Of a stretch of DNA of 64,000 bases, positions 34,401-44,423 are shown piece by piece. Location of the stretch: the NCBI GenBank assembly GCA_030141605.1, contig JAQGDQ010000502.1, forward strand, positions 97,013-161,012. Direction: 5' to 3'. Numbering within the stretch: position 1 is the stretch's first letter; each line of letters opens with the position of its first letter. The translations under genes and the position numbers were made by a program. The DNA is from Tubiluchus corallicola (Eukaryota > Animalia > Priapulida). The notes beneath the pieces were generated by a model. It was not told the origin of the DNA. It did no database searches and saw only the letters and a list, made by a program, of their open reading frames with translations.

Positions 34401-37400
34401 ACGTATAACATACAAAAAAGTTACATAACACAAAAACGAACTTTTTACTTTCAACAGTTTAACAGATTGTGACGGCAGCCAGATTGTCACCTCAGTCACC
34501 CACAAACACCAAAACCTTTTTTTACAGTTTGCATTCTGTTCTCTCGAGTAAAATGTATTTGAAATGTTTTTATCGTAGCAAAATAACATTCAGGAAGTTA
34601 CGTGAGTGGCGTGGTCTTGATGTGCACTTAGCAACAGAATTGATGCAGCCCTATGCCTGTTTTTTAGAAAGATGGATGACTGGTAATAAAGCTGCTCTCT
34701 GGCCAACTCACATTTTATCTTAGAGGGTTGTTCTTGATAATGAGAATGTTCCGGTCCTGCCACAAACAAAAAACCTCTGGTTTACAGACTTGTGCTGTAC
34801 TTTTCAGTTTCAACTGCTATATGATGTTGCTGCTATCTCAATTCATCTAATTATTTTGAATGAAAGAAGAATGCAGGTTGGGCTTCATAGTTTGATGATT
34901 TTTTTCAGGTGATAAAGGAACAGTTATTCTAACACCCAATGGGGAGTGCGTCATGGAGGCGGGTGGTTATGTTTTTAACACCGAAGCTCACCCTATAGAC
35001 GCGGGTGCCGTTTACTGCTGCAGTGCTCAGAAGCATGAAGATGATATGGCATTACAGGTGACTTCATTTTTTGTTTCTTGTTTATTTGTTTATATGTTTG
35101 TTTGTTTGTTTATTTCTTTTCAAAACCATTGCCAAGTTTTCATGTTAACGGTTTTTCATGTTTGAACGTTCATTTTAATTTTTGTTGTTAAATTTAGTTT
35201 TTCGAAGTTTGGGAAAGACATTTGTTAAACGAGCCTGTTATTTTTGCTTTCCCATATTTGCTCGACATGCAATGACTCCAATAGTATCTACGGATCTGTA
35301 GTTCAAATCCACGCCCATTTCCCCCTAGTTCGATCAAATTTTAAAAGTTTGGTAGATGTGAAATTTGTGGGCTTATTCTGTCATTTACACGATGTATGTT
35401 TTGCAATTTAGGAATTTATTGACAACATTGATCTTTTGAGCTTAATGGATCTGACAGACAACACATACAAGAAGATGTTTCGTGATGCTAAGAAGGCAAA
35501 GATGTCAAAGAAGAAAAGGCACGCTGCTGCCGCTTCGCACAAAAGCATTAGTGTTACCACATCAGGTATACAGATTTTGTATTTTTGCCGAAAATCAGTT
35601 TAACACAGTATATACTTGGTGATGGAAAACACGTGCAGCCATCTGTTGACAAGAAAGAGCACCTATTACAAGCCATTTCTTCATAGAAACTGTGGTGGTT
35701 ACTGGTGCAATTAAACTACTTTGAAATTGCTTGTTATAAATTCCTCATTATAAACAAGAATCGTTGTTATTATCTTATATTTTCTTTTGTTTTTGTTATT
35801 TTTCCCAGTTGAGGCACCAGAATGTTGCTAGGTAACTTGCAGTTTTTTGCTTTTTATCTGTTTTTCAATGCTTTTGCTTTTCTACTAAATAACGTGTTTC
35901 AGTTCGCCTTGATTTGATATAAAATTTGGCTGAGTAGGATTTTACTAGAGGTGCTCCACACAAGCTCAAACTTTTCCACTTTTTTGTCAAAAATGGCACT
36001 ACATGCTTTGTACAAGATGCTATACTTCTTTGCACCATACTACTTATAACACCTGTGCTGCCATCTTTACTATTTTTTTGCAATAACACACAGTAGTGTG
36101 ACTTTAAAATCATGTTAATATAGTGGATTTCTTGTCACGAAAATGAATGAAGTTGTCATCATAACTACACGATAACTTTTCAAAGGTTTATTTTTCATCT
36201 TTTTCGGCATCTGTAGCACATTAGTTATCTTATTTACGTGAATTTATTTATTAAAGGAAAGGCCAAGTCTTATTTCAATGTTGGTGAAAAATGTTAGAAG
36301 GATTTAGTAATAAACGTGTGAGAAGCGCCTCGTATAATTAGTAAAATCACTTTAAAATCAAGATTAAATTCATTTCACACTTGGGAGTTCCCATTTTGAA
36401 TGCCCGTCCTTCTACCAATGACAGCATTCTTTGAGTCAAGAAAAGCAGCACAGTGTGAATTTCCATGAAAGTCTGATAACTTTTTACAAATAATTAGATG
36501 ACTATTTTTGCATGAGCATTTCGATAAGCTGCATAAGTCTGAATTAGTTTTAGCAGCACGGAAAGCCACGATGCGCTTATAAAAAATCATGAAGTCTATC
36601 AGCTACATCAGTAACAAAACGTAATGTTATGTAATAAATTTCAAGTGAATGGCGGCTACCACCATGCCTCGAAATTTTCTGTACAGTTGTAGTATGAATT
36701 GACTTTATGCTTTATAGACAGTGTTTGCAAATTTCATTGTTTTGCATTGCATGTTGGGTTTATCAAAGTGACTCAAGTGACTCATCTTTTCCTTTGATTT
36801 TCTAAGCATGCTAACAATCTCTGTGTGTAGGTTCTGTCTTTATTATCACTAATTCTGTATGACTAGGCAAGACACTGCGAGCACTTGGCAAGTCTCCGGC
36901 TAGAATTGTGTCTGAAATTGACGTCAATGCTACCAGGAAACTTTACGAGCTTCATTTTGTTAACTCACTTAATCTTGGTACAGTATGCTTGGTTGTTAGA
37001 GTAGTTTTCTGTTCTTGGTTGCATGTCATAGTTACACATTTTCACGTTTAACCCTTTCACTACATTGTTCCTTTTTAACTGGGCCACATTTACTTATGCA
37101 CATTTGACAATAACTTCTTGTGGTGTGTTCTTAAAACAAAATCTTGTAAACAAACAAATAGTTGTTCGTTATTGAGTACTAATATTAAATATTAGTTTTA
37201 TTTCTACACGTGCACAAACATGCAGGCACACATACATGCACTCAAGCACACACACATGTGCACACAATCGTAAATAAGCATGTACTTGTATTTAGTAACC
37301 AGTTTTCACAAAAGACACAATACTAATCCATAATATGCAATCATTTTATAAGAATCCAGAACAGTCAACTAAACATACGTAAGTAATAATATAATACGTA

Positions 37401-40400
37401 AGTAAGCATAAGTGATTTTGCCTGGGAACATACCATACAGTACAGTATTGTGGAATGTACCCGGCTTCAGACACTGATTGACTGGTTAGCATTACTTGTT
37501 GCAAAGCAACCCGAATCCCAAGGCTGTTAAATTTGTCTACAATGTGTTTGCATGGCCCTAGCAGTAAAATAAACAGCTGCGCTTAGTGCTGAGCTCGAGC
37601 GGCAGTCTTCCGCCTTCCATCCTTTGCATGAAAAACAAAGGCGGCAGTAGTGAAAGGGTTAAACTCCTGTCACACCACATGGCAATCATGAAAACCTGTG
37701 TGCAACCCTCCTAAATATGGAATTTTTGTCTTTGGAGCCTTTGGACTCCAAAGACAATGGAGTCTTTGAAGCTCATGGCAAGATAAGATATTAATTGCCT
37801 CTTTCACACTGTGCTGGAATCCATGTGAACGTTGAACTGGAATCCACTTGAACCCACTGGCATGTATGTGAATGCTGCGCTGGAATCCATGTTAATGTTG
37901 CACTGGAATCCATGTAAACGTAGTGCCATCCTCATGAATGCTGTACTGGAATCCATGTGAACGTGGTTACATCCATGTGAATGTTGCACTGGATCCTCGT
38001 GAATGTACTGGAATCCATATTAATGTAGTAGCATTCATGTGAATGTTGCACTGGATCCTCGTGAACGTAGTGGCATCATATTCAAAGCGTAATGCAGACT
38101 TGAACAAGCAAGTCCGAAATCATAGCCTGATGTAATGTCAATGGTACTACGTTTATAAACTCTTTAGCTTGATGGAGCAACGCTCATAATACGACTACTC
38201 TGTCCGAACCACGCCCAGAGTATGTTTCTATAGCGATCTGTTTCTGCTGCAATCTTGCGTCCATGTTTTCGGACATGCTAAAGAATTTTCGGCGACTACA
38301 AAGACCTTCAAAGCCCATAGCATCTCTCTAGCTATTTCGACTGGTCTATTACACTGTTCAGACTATTGAGTTTCCTCACCAAATAACTCGCAAAAGCATC
38401 CGAGGGCTTGCAATTCCTTGTCAATGGTAACTCACAAAGCAGTTCACTCTTGCGAGTTCTCTGTCAGAGAGGAAACTCGTGACAGAAAACTTGCTAGTCT
38501 GCACGTGCAATAAGATCTAGAAAACCTCACTGACCAATTTTTAAGTTCGCAACAATGGCTTCCATTGGTGTGATGGGGGTTAAATGAAGAGATATTATTA
38601 AAGCACATGTAGTATACACTTTTTATTTTGATGCTTGCATATTGGAGTAACTTGTGGGTCTTTCTCACAGCTTAACATGCTGCAAGTCAGAATTCAGCAT
38701 TTAATACGGGGCCTAGTTGATGTTCACTATTGTGGCAGGGCTGGTACCTAATCACTATCTAGGATAACCTTCTGAAACAGGACACTGAACACTGCAGTTT
38801 TATCTATTGTGTTTAAATTTGTGAGCTTCTTTTGTGTAATTTTATTATGGAGTTTTGGGTTATATTTCGCTACTACATTGTGCCATTTGTAGTTGTACGT
38901 TTGAGCTTTTTATATCAAGTTCAATGTTTACTTGCATTATCCAATGATTCATGTTTGAATTTACACTCCTACATTTGAATTTTTGCATTCGCGCTTCAGG
39001 TTTTGTTGCAACAAAAACACGAGGTTTGCAACAATGGTTTTATTTTGTAAGCTGTTTTTCTCAGTGCTGTGTGTGTCCAATGTGGTTTTTGGAAAGACTG
39101 CCATCTTTGTTTTGCCTTGCTTGTTCTGAGCGAGTATCACCTTAGGCAAACATAAGCAAAACAAAATAGATGGACGTACAGCCATAGGTTTGAATGCACG
39201 CATGCGCTGATAGAGATTGCTAGACTCGAGTAAAAAGTGAGTCAAACAATGGACACTATTTTCTAATAGAAATTCTACTGTTAGGTAAACAAAGGCATCA
39301 GGCGCCATGTTATAATACAAACTATTAGGCAGGCAAAGGCGCCATGTTCTAATAGATACTGTTAGACAAACAATAGGCAGCATATTCGAATAGAAATTGT
39401 ACTGTAAGGCAAACAAAGGTGCCATGTTCTAATACATAGGGGATATTCTAATAGAAATTGTACTGTTAGGTAAACAAAGGTGCCATGTTGTAATGCATAC
39501 TATTAGGCAAACAAAGGTGCCATGTTGTAATACATACTACTAGACAAACAATAGGTGGCATGTTGTAATAGAAATTCTACTATTAGGCAAAATTTTATTG
39601 TACAATACAAATCTTGCATGGCAAAATAGCTTTTGACCACTTACTTATGAGGTATTGATCGAAAAGCAGGCTAGCAGTCTCTCTCTCTACGCTTGCGTGG
39701 CATTCAACTCTGTGATGTACAGCTTAAAACGATTTCACTATGCAAAACATGACAAGGTTTGCGCATGACAAGGTTTGCAGAAGTTGTACTTGTAAAGGAG
39801 CATTTTGTTGTTTTTTTTGCTGCTGCAGTTGTATCATGCATCAAAGCGATTTGTTTACTTTCTTATAGGAAAAAAAGTTGAGGAATCATCTTTTAATACC
39901 CCAAAAACAATCGGCACCAACAAAATGCAAGCAATTCGGGGGAAAGGCACCGGGTCCGTTGTTCAGGTTCCTCTTACAGAAAGTATAAAGACTATCAGCG
40001 ACAAGCAGCCGCAACGGACCGAGCCGCCCCCAGCCGATGATGGGCCCGACGAAAAATTAAAGGATTGGTCACAGCCGCTGAAGAAACCGGTGAGTGAACC
40101 TTTGATATCCGATCCGATTGCAAAAACGGTTTTTGACATAAATGAAGCTTCGATGAAAAAAAAGATTGAAAACCTTCGCAGAATTTTGTCAGATTTCTCA
40201 TACGACGAAGCAAACTATAGTGAGGGTAATGAAAGGGAAACATTGGAAACGGGAAAAGAGGACACAGTGCTAAGTGGTCACGGCGAGAACATCATGTTAG
40301 ATCAAGGTGCAGAAAAGACTGTTACTGTGGAAAAAGATGCAGCTCTTAAAGATCAGGGCGAGGAAAAAGCTGTTGCCAAGGAAACAGATGCAGTTCTTAA

Positions 40401-40776
40401 CGGTCAAGGTATGAAAAAAGCCATTGCTACAGATAAAGATGCAGCTGTGAAAGAGACTTCGCACAAGATCATGTCTCGTTTTGAAAACGAACTAAAAAAG
40501 TTAGATGCCTTCAATGATTATCTAAACCTTCTGCTAGAGAAGGTGCATTCGGGTAGAACGCTGACATCCACAGAACGGAACAACTTGAACAGTCCTAAGT
40601 TTTACGAGTCTCACTCGCAGACCTGCCCCGTAACAGACTCACCTGACATTGATGGTGGCAGCGATGACATCATCGAGAATTCAAACGTCGAGGTTGATCA
40701 AGAGAGCGTACTCTCATGTCCGGCACAGAAGTTTTCACTCAGGATGTCAGTGATGGGCCAGTTTTTTGATGATTGA
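19456..40776 (+). CDS. EDEM2: EDEM2, ER degradation-enhancing alpha-mannosidase-like 2 (GH47), ~858 aa; exons 19456-19577, 25267-25377, 26397-26542, 26741-26866, 27003-27214, 28447-28588, 29875-29999, 31214-31358, 32280-32401, 33909-34023, 34909-35057, 35412-35565, 39869-40776
   Basis: Signal peptide [26 protein letters not shown], then GH47 motifs [92 protein letters not shown]. It has the EDEM2-type GWPCSGPLL segment and C-terminus [22 protein letters not shown]. Junctions are GT-AG and phases are consistent (2577 nt). Confidence 0.95.
20354..22270 (-). CDS. LINE ORF2, reverse transcriptase portion (continues from the APE ORF across a -1 frameshift)
   Basis: Motifs [59 protein letters not shown]. 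The reading frame is open upstream of the listed ORF start (22099) to ~22270. Confidence 0.93.
   Translation of the reverse strand, partial: TKSRLYKDCKTTTSILKINQYKQFSNKLNHLINLAKRNYYCTLLHDNKTNIRKTWATLNDLINGQNKQRITPTKLVINHAQITEPPAICEFMNNYFASVGSDMVKKVPPTPITFDSFLRMPNQNSFFFAPIIEYEVSSAIAALKTNKSAGPENISNQFFKISQSIITPLLTMLFNKCVEEGIYPDVLKIAKIIPIYKSDSPINPTNYRPISLLSPISKIFEKLIYSRLAKFLLKEQILTKFQFGFRKNHSTSLAVSEIIENFLANIDKGKTTCAIFLDLSKAFDTVQRDILLYKLSYYGIRGRPLALFTSYLTNRKQFTSIDSSESKLADITCGVPQGSTLGPLLFLLYINDLPSYSQFNTRLFADDTNLFLSHQNIKTLEHSVNVELDNINKWMQANKLSINYKKTKYMLIGNKQHNNSLNINMGGCTIQSTQEIKYLGIFIDSRITWKTHVQHIVNKISKLSGVLARIRHYINVDALRLLYSSLVMPYLSYGILAWGSASASVLKSLVSKQNKIIKLITFTSKREHVTPLYLQLNLLKVHDLYKLELLKFVHKFKNNSLPDLFSNYYTLACHMHHHSTRFATTQSYFIERFNSSKGQNSLKHQGSLLWNSLPDQLKSSNYKKLILNYKKQLIAGYK
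22222..23649 (-). CDS. LINE ORF2 N-terminal portion: PHD finger + apurinic-like endonuclease
   Basis: C4HC3 PHD (CVTC…[14 protein letters not shown]…YFCLKC), then APE motifs HFNLNS, IGISET, GGVAIY, IYRHP, GDINL, PTR, TLIDHIY, SDHLPV. No ATG is present (context ATTGGAA). Confidence 0.9.
   Translation of the reverse strand: MEKFPCVTCCKPCKNNQKCICCDVCNMWVHLKCTMLSVNEFNHYALSSDNYFCLKCTHESLPFQCIDDAELCELFSNLTNVYCLSSLLDFPSLAKPKWDDADPDAHLTRFDSKYYSLHALETNSDLKKSNNDLLIVHFNLNSIQKRFSNMLDVLMHFTVPPDIIGISETRLNEINQSFITSLPNYTFLHVDSKTCAGGVAIYLKSGLRYTVKDEYKINCDTEIVTTSKNGNSITQKSCIQVEDMWLDVEVPGKKKPITFGVIYRHPNINVHHFHSEMDSILSAINKSGKTCYICGDINLNLMQIEEKTFIADYLNLLYSNQFFPLVTRPTRITHHSQTLIDHIYTNNLSNPIISGIILYEVSDHLPVFAIIKNIGNLIVKKKIKIRDKRNFNMILFLEDLQNKIDAVDFSEVPTNSAFCTFFQIYQEVLNKHAPLKTLSRTEKVTFSKPWLTKGILVSIKLKVDYTRTVRLQLVS
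23706..24650 (-). CDS. LINE ORF1 (L1-ORF1/Tnp22-like: coiled coil + RRM + C-terminal domain)
   Basis: Heptad-rich coiled coil followed by [16 protein letters not shown]…ISTSHRL…PRIIVKF…IYINESLT…KYCWT. The first ATG is at 24650. Confidence 0.88.
   Translation of the reverse strand: MPKRVGVLTRQASKTSEDLCLNRVEKNPRVISQQTEQLMPTQQGDREMSACNTAEITLDSASNLAGQVQPTSDIQKFVEGFQKQLTFISSKVVRIDDLMGELAEVTKSQDFLSHKFDGFQEQMNKYQQDMEHLRDENKVLKTTVKTLQNRIKTTESELDKLEQYERKDTLEIAGIPVIPHEVTNDIVLSVARNMGVEVHPQDISTSHRLAAPKNGGPPRIIVKFARRDKRDELYGARRNAGSTKNLDYASYTDNRIYINESLTSTRRKLHKQCRDYAKDHKMKYCWTKYRKMFLRRDDSSQVIEIQCEEDLGKL
25920..26254. mobile_element. MITE family A, copy 2 (opposite orientation, one end truncated)
   Basis: Reverse-complement match to 13226-13595; ends in AAACTGTGAAAAGGCTTATT. 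Confidence 0.75.
27332..28318. mobile_element. Probable old hAT-like MITE interrupted by a nested TTAA element
   Basis: Ends CTGGGCCTAGATTAT…ATAATCCGGCCCTG are imperfect inverted repeats; the flanks give only a weak 8-bp TSD (5/8). Confidence 0.4.
27553..28148. mobile_element. TTAA-flanked Kolobok-like MITE family B, copy 1
   Basis: TTAA|AG…CT|TTAA ends; colinear with 54392-54976 (e.g. CTAGTTAGACGGGC.CTAGC.CCTG.ATTTCGGAAA, CTCTCAATTCAGATGTG). Confidence 0.7.
30112..31059. mobile_element. Tc1/mariner-type (TA-TSD) MITE
   Basis: TA|CAGTAGGCGCCGCTTAA…TTAAACTGCGCCTACTT|TA inverted ends with repeated GAGTCAAT/GACTC subterminal motifs. Confidence 0.7.
31375..31625. repeat. Degenerate (CAT)n/(GTT)n trinucleotide microsatellite
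   Basis: Directly visible; it generates the spurious low-complexity ORFs nearby. Confidence 0.8.
33245..33775. mobile_element. TTAA/Kolobok-like MITE family C, copy 1
   Basis: Shares AAAGGCCAAG…TTATTTCA…TAATTAGTAAAATCACTTT…CACACTTGGG with 36255-36795 and (reverse) ~58400-58625; ends CCTTTAA. Confidence 0.6.
36255..36795. mobile_element. TTAA/Kolobok-like MITE family C, copy 2
   Basis: Starts TTAA|AGGAAAGGCCAAG and is colinear with 33245-33775. Confidence 0.6.
37807..38075. repeat. ~21-bp minisatellite (GCACTGGAATCCATGTGAATGTT-like)
   Basis: About a dozen degenerate copies of CTGGAATCCATGTGAA are visible. Confidence 0.85.
39255..39590. repeat. 33-42-bp minisatellite (TTAGGCAAACAAAGGTGCCATGTTCTAATA…)
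   Basis: About 8 degenerate tandem units are visible. Confidence 0.85.
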
Positions 40777-42449
40777 TGATTTGGGTGTTTAGAGAATTTC
40801 ATTGCTGCTTAGAAATCCATTTTCCCTCGGATTTCTTGTCCGTGGAATTGTTTACCAGGAAAACCGTTTCCCTGAAAACTACAATGTCACTGAATTTAGG
40901 AAGTGTACTCAACGTTATATTCTATCCCCTATTGTTGCAAGGAAGTCCCAGGAAGAAAAATCACCGAGTGTAATATAAATTCATAATTTATTATAGAACA
41001 AATGTAAAAAACCTTTGAACTGAGGGTGTACTTGAACTAAGCACAATTGAGTTGCTCTAGGTCAATGTCTTGGACCACTCAGTCCTTTGCAATTAAAATG
41101 TTTTGATTCAACCGTAATGGTTAACATAGCTTTCCTTTCCAAATGTTAAGTTTGTTTGTGCTGGAAATGAAAAGATAATAAATTGTGGGTCGACTGATTC
41201 CACTACTAATTAGCGATTTTGTAATTAAGACTGCATTAATTAAAGATGGCAAAGGATTATTTTTAGATACTTAGTATAAAAACAAGTAAATGCTCAATAC
41301 TAGATGCCTCTTGTACATGTGTACAGTGCAGTGCCAATGATGTGAAGTACAAGGTGTGTAGTGAGATTTGTTTAATATCCGAGTTATGTTATATTGATGT
41401 ACGAAATTCAGGATTCTTTTATGGTACATTTATTATTAATTAATTATGTTGGCGTAAACAAGAATTTCAATTTTGTGTTCGTAAGACTGTTTTAAACAGA
41501 AAATACAATATCATATTTATTTTTGTAAAAAAATGTTTTTCATTTATACTGAAATACTGTTATGGCTTAATCATGATTTATTTTAGACAATTAAAGTAAT
41601 AGCTAACACTTTAATAACTTAATGACAAGAGTGCTATACTATATAATACTTGACTAACTCAACAATGAGATAGTATAAATACTATAAAATAAGCAAAAGT
41701 GTGATCAAACTCTCTTTGTTTAACTATTGACACTTTCTTCACACCACAATCAATTTACCATAATAACACAATGTATTATAAGTTGATGGAGCCTGACTTA
41801 GAGGCTGTCCACTTGGTTGTACAAAACACTATCTTTCTCGAGGTGGTCAGTTCTCGGGCCATGCGGGCACTGAGAGACAGTAAAATATGAATGTCATTCA
41901 AGTTTGCCATTATCAATGTGGTCTTGACTTTTGCAGTCCATTATTCTTGGAATAATATGCCAATAATAATAAACATCCAATAATAATACACTCTGGTGAC
42001 TCAGATAGAAGAGTCCCTTATAGCAGGTACATAAATGGCGCTCTGTCACTAAAAGCAGCTGAATTATTAACAAAAAGCAACTGCATAAAATATATTTATT
42101 AAGTACACAGTGCAGAAATTCTGTGAGTGACTGTACCTAAGTTTCACAGACTTGTACAGGAAAATGTACAATTTCCCCGAAATATTTCATATTAACATCT
42201 TATTTCATGTATCTTTTCTTTGATTCTGCTTTCTCTAAAACAAAGCTCGTTTTCATACTAGTCGTTTTGGCTCTGTACAAGAAATGAAGAGAAGTTAGAG
42301 AACACCCCTTCTACAAATAGTTATGTGCCAAGCAACCGCCAGTGAAAAGATGGTCGTTTGAATAGAGTTCAGCGTTTTGAATCTCAGTCTTTTGAAAGTC
42401 ATTCTCTGTTGAAAGACCGTGTTACGAAGGCACTATGCAATATCAACTA

Positions 42450-42916
42450 CAGTCAACCTCAGTCATAAGGTACTCGCTTATAAGGGACCACCAACACCGG
42501 TCCCGATTTTTCGTAACGTTTTTCCTAGGTAAAAATCTTTGTATACAAGGTACTCGGATATACGGGGCTTTCGGTTATAAGGGACGATTTCTTAAGGTCC
42601 CGCGTAATAGAAACCCAGGTGAATTACTTCACATACAAGGGACCGTATGATCAAAGCGAAATTGATCGATTTTTAACCTCAATTTTTCGTAAACTCGGCC
42701 TTCAAACAGCTTGGTTTCCGCGGTCACATACATCTCGCATTACTGAAGGAGCTTCCTACACACCGTTTACACTGAATGTGTAGTAATAATCCATAAAAGT
42801 ATGGGTAAAAGTACAGAAAAGCACAGGTCTAGATACACCCTTGGTCTGACTCAACTTCGGCTATAAGGGACGATTTTTTCCGGTCCCGAGGTGTCCCTTA
42901 TATCCGAGGTTGACTG
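42450..42916. mobile_element. Tigger/pogo-like MITE
   Basis: TA|CAGTCAACCTC…GAGGTTGACTG inverted ends with repeated TATAAGGGAC subterminal motifs. Confidence 0.8.
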
Positions 42917-43214
42917 TGCATCTTAAGGTGACTGATTTTTTACATACTTGAGCAGCTTGATAGAATCAAAGGGTAGAGACGAGGAAGTGATGAAAGTGGT
43001 TAGCGCAGTTAATGTCACCCAGTAAAAACACGGAAAAAAAGTAGTTTAAGGACTACTAAAACGAGCCATCTTTAACTCTAAATTATAGACAAGCTCTAAG
43101 AACATTTACAAGATTTTAGATACTTGCACCATTGTTATATCATAAGTATAAGCAGTGGCATCGAAAAGCCAAACAGTTGCGAAATTCAGTTTTCTGCAGG
43201 TTGTCGCAAAAATA

Positions 43215-43420
43215 CGTGAGTCACAAACAACAGTGAGAATTCTAATGCCGGTAAACGCCGAAGTTACTTCAAGTTTTTACACTTTTGCACAGATGCTTTC
43301 GAAAATTTGCATGAGATGAAACAAAAAATAAACAGAACAGTGTTTTCTGAAGAGTATGCAGTTGCAAGTTTGCATGGCATATGGAATTACAAAAAGAATT
43401 TCTTCTTTGCACGATAGCCG
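43215..43420. repeat. Dispersed repeat family D (other copies ~48135-48350 and, reversed, ~49680-49780)
   Basis: Shared CAAC.GTGA.AAT.CTAATGCC.GTAAAC.CCGAA…GCATGAGA.GAAA…AGAACAGTG…ATTACAAAAAGAATTTCTTC. Confidence 0.65.
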
Positions 43421-44423
43421 GATTTCATCACATCCTTGCAATACATTTTAATCGAACACAAAACTGTCGAGCAAAATGGGAGGAAAAATAAATATAAATA
43501 AGACTGCTGATATTGCTGCCTCCTGCTACAATGATAACGGAGAAGCAAAGGCACGTTCACATGACTTTTCTTACATGGTAACTGTCAATTTCAGGCTAAT
43601 TTGCCAGATGAAACATTGGAAGCAGCAGTTTTGCATTCTAAATGAATTTCTGTAGTACTTAATAGCACCCACAAACTAGATTATTTAGCACATCGAGCAA
43701 ATTATGGAAGACAAAGAAACTTTTAAACCTCCAAATTTTTTACATTTTTTACTAACACGCTATAAATGCAGATAAAAAACTTTGGCACAAGAACGGATAA
43801 ACTATGAAAACAAAAAAGCAAAAAATTATTTACAAATTTAATAATCAAAACAATTATTGTGCCATAGGTCCATTTTTATGATTTTGGTCGAATCCAACAA
43901 CTTATCAAATTAACATAAAAAATCAATAAATCTCTGCTTGTATTAGTAACAAATGATTAAGGCACAATTCTTTTAGCTTATATTTATAAGGTCGGTAATA
44001 CATAAATTTTCCAGTGCATATCACAAAGGCACTTAATCTTTTGAGCACATTATCATTGTGATTATTTCAAAACCTTAAATGGCTTGCACTGCTTATCAGC
44101 TATTTGCTGTGAATAAAGAACTATCATCTTTTATACTGTCATACAGGGGGGCCTAAACAAGTTGTGCCACATTTTTTGTGAATTTGTGACTCTCATTCAC
44201 ATTGCTACATATTCAAAGAAGGGTAAGGACACTTCTGCTCACAAGGGCGGTTTTACTCCTAAAACGTCAAAATGTAGCCCACTCTAAAGTATGTCTAAAC
44301 TAATTCCTGTGTCCTTTCGCTCCTGCCGTTAATTAGTTTTGGACATTTGTTCGCTTATTTAAACCTTTATTCAAGTTTTTTATTCTTTACTTCTTCCCTT
44401 TGTGCAAAGAGGCAACGGCATTT

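Noticed and set aside
38961-39425. 154-aa ORF
   Set aside because: Largely produced by the minisatellite; no recognisable domain or splice support.
40777-44423. Overlapping convergent 3'UTRs of EDEM2 and the SWAP70-like gene
   Set aside because: Several possible poly(A) signals exist on both strands, and the transcript ends cannot be fixed from sequence alone.
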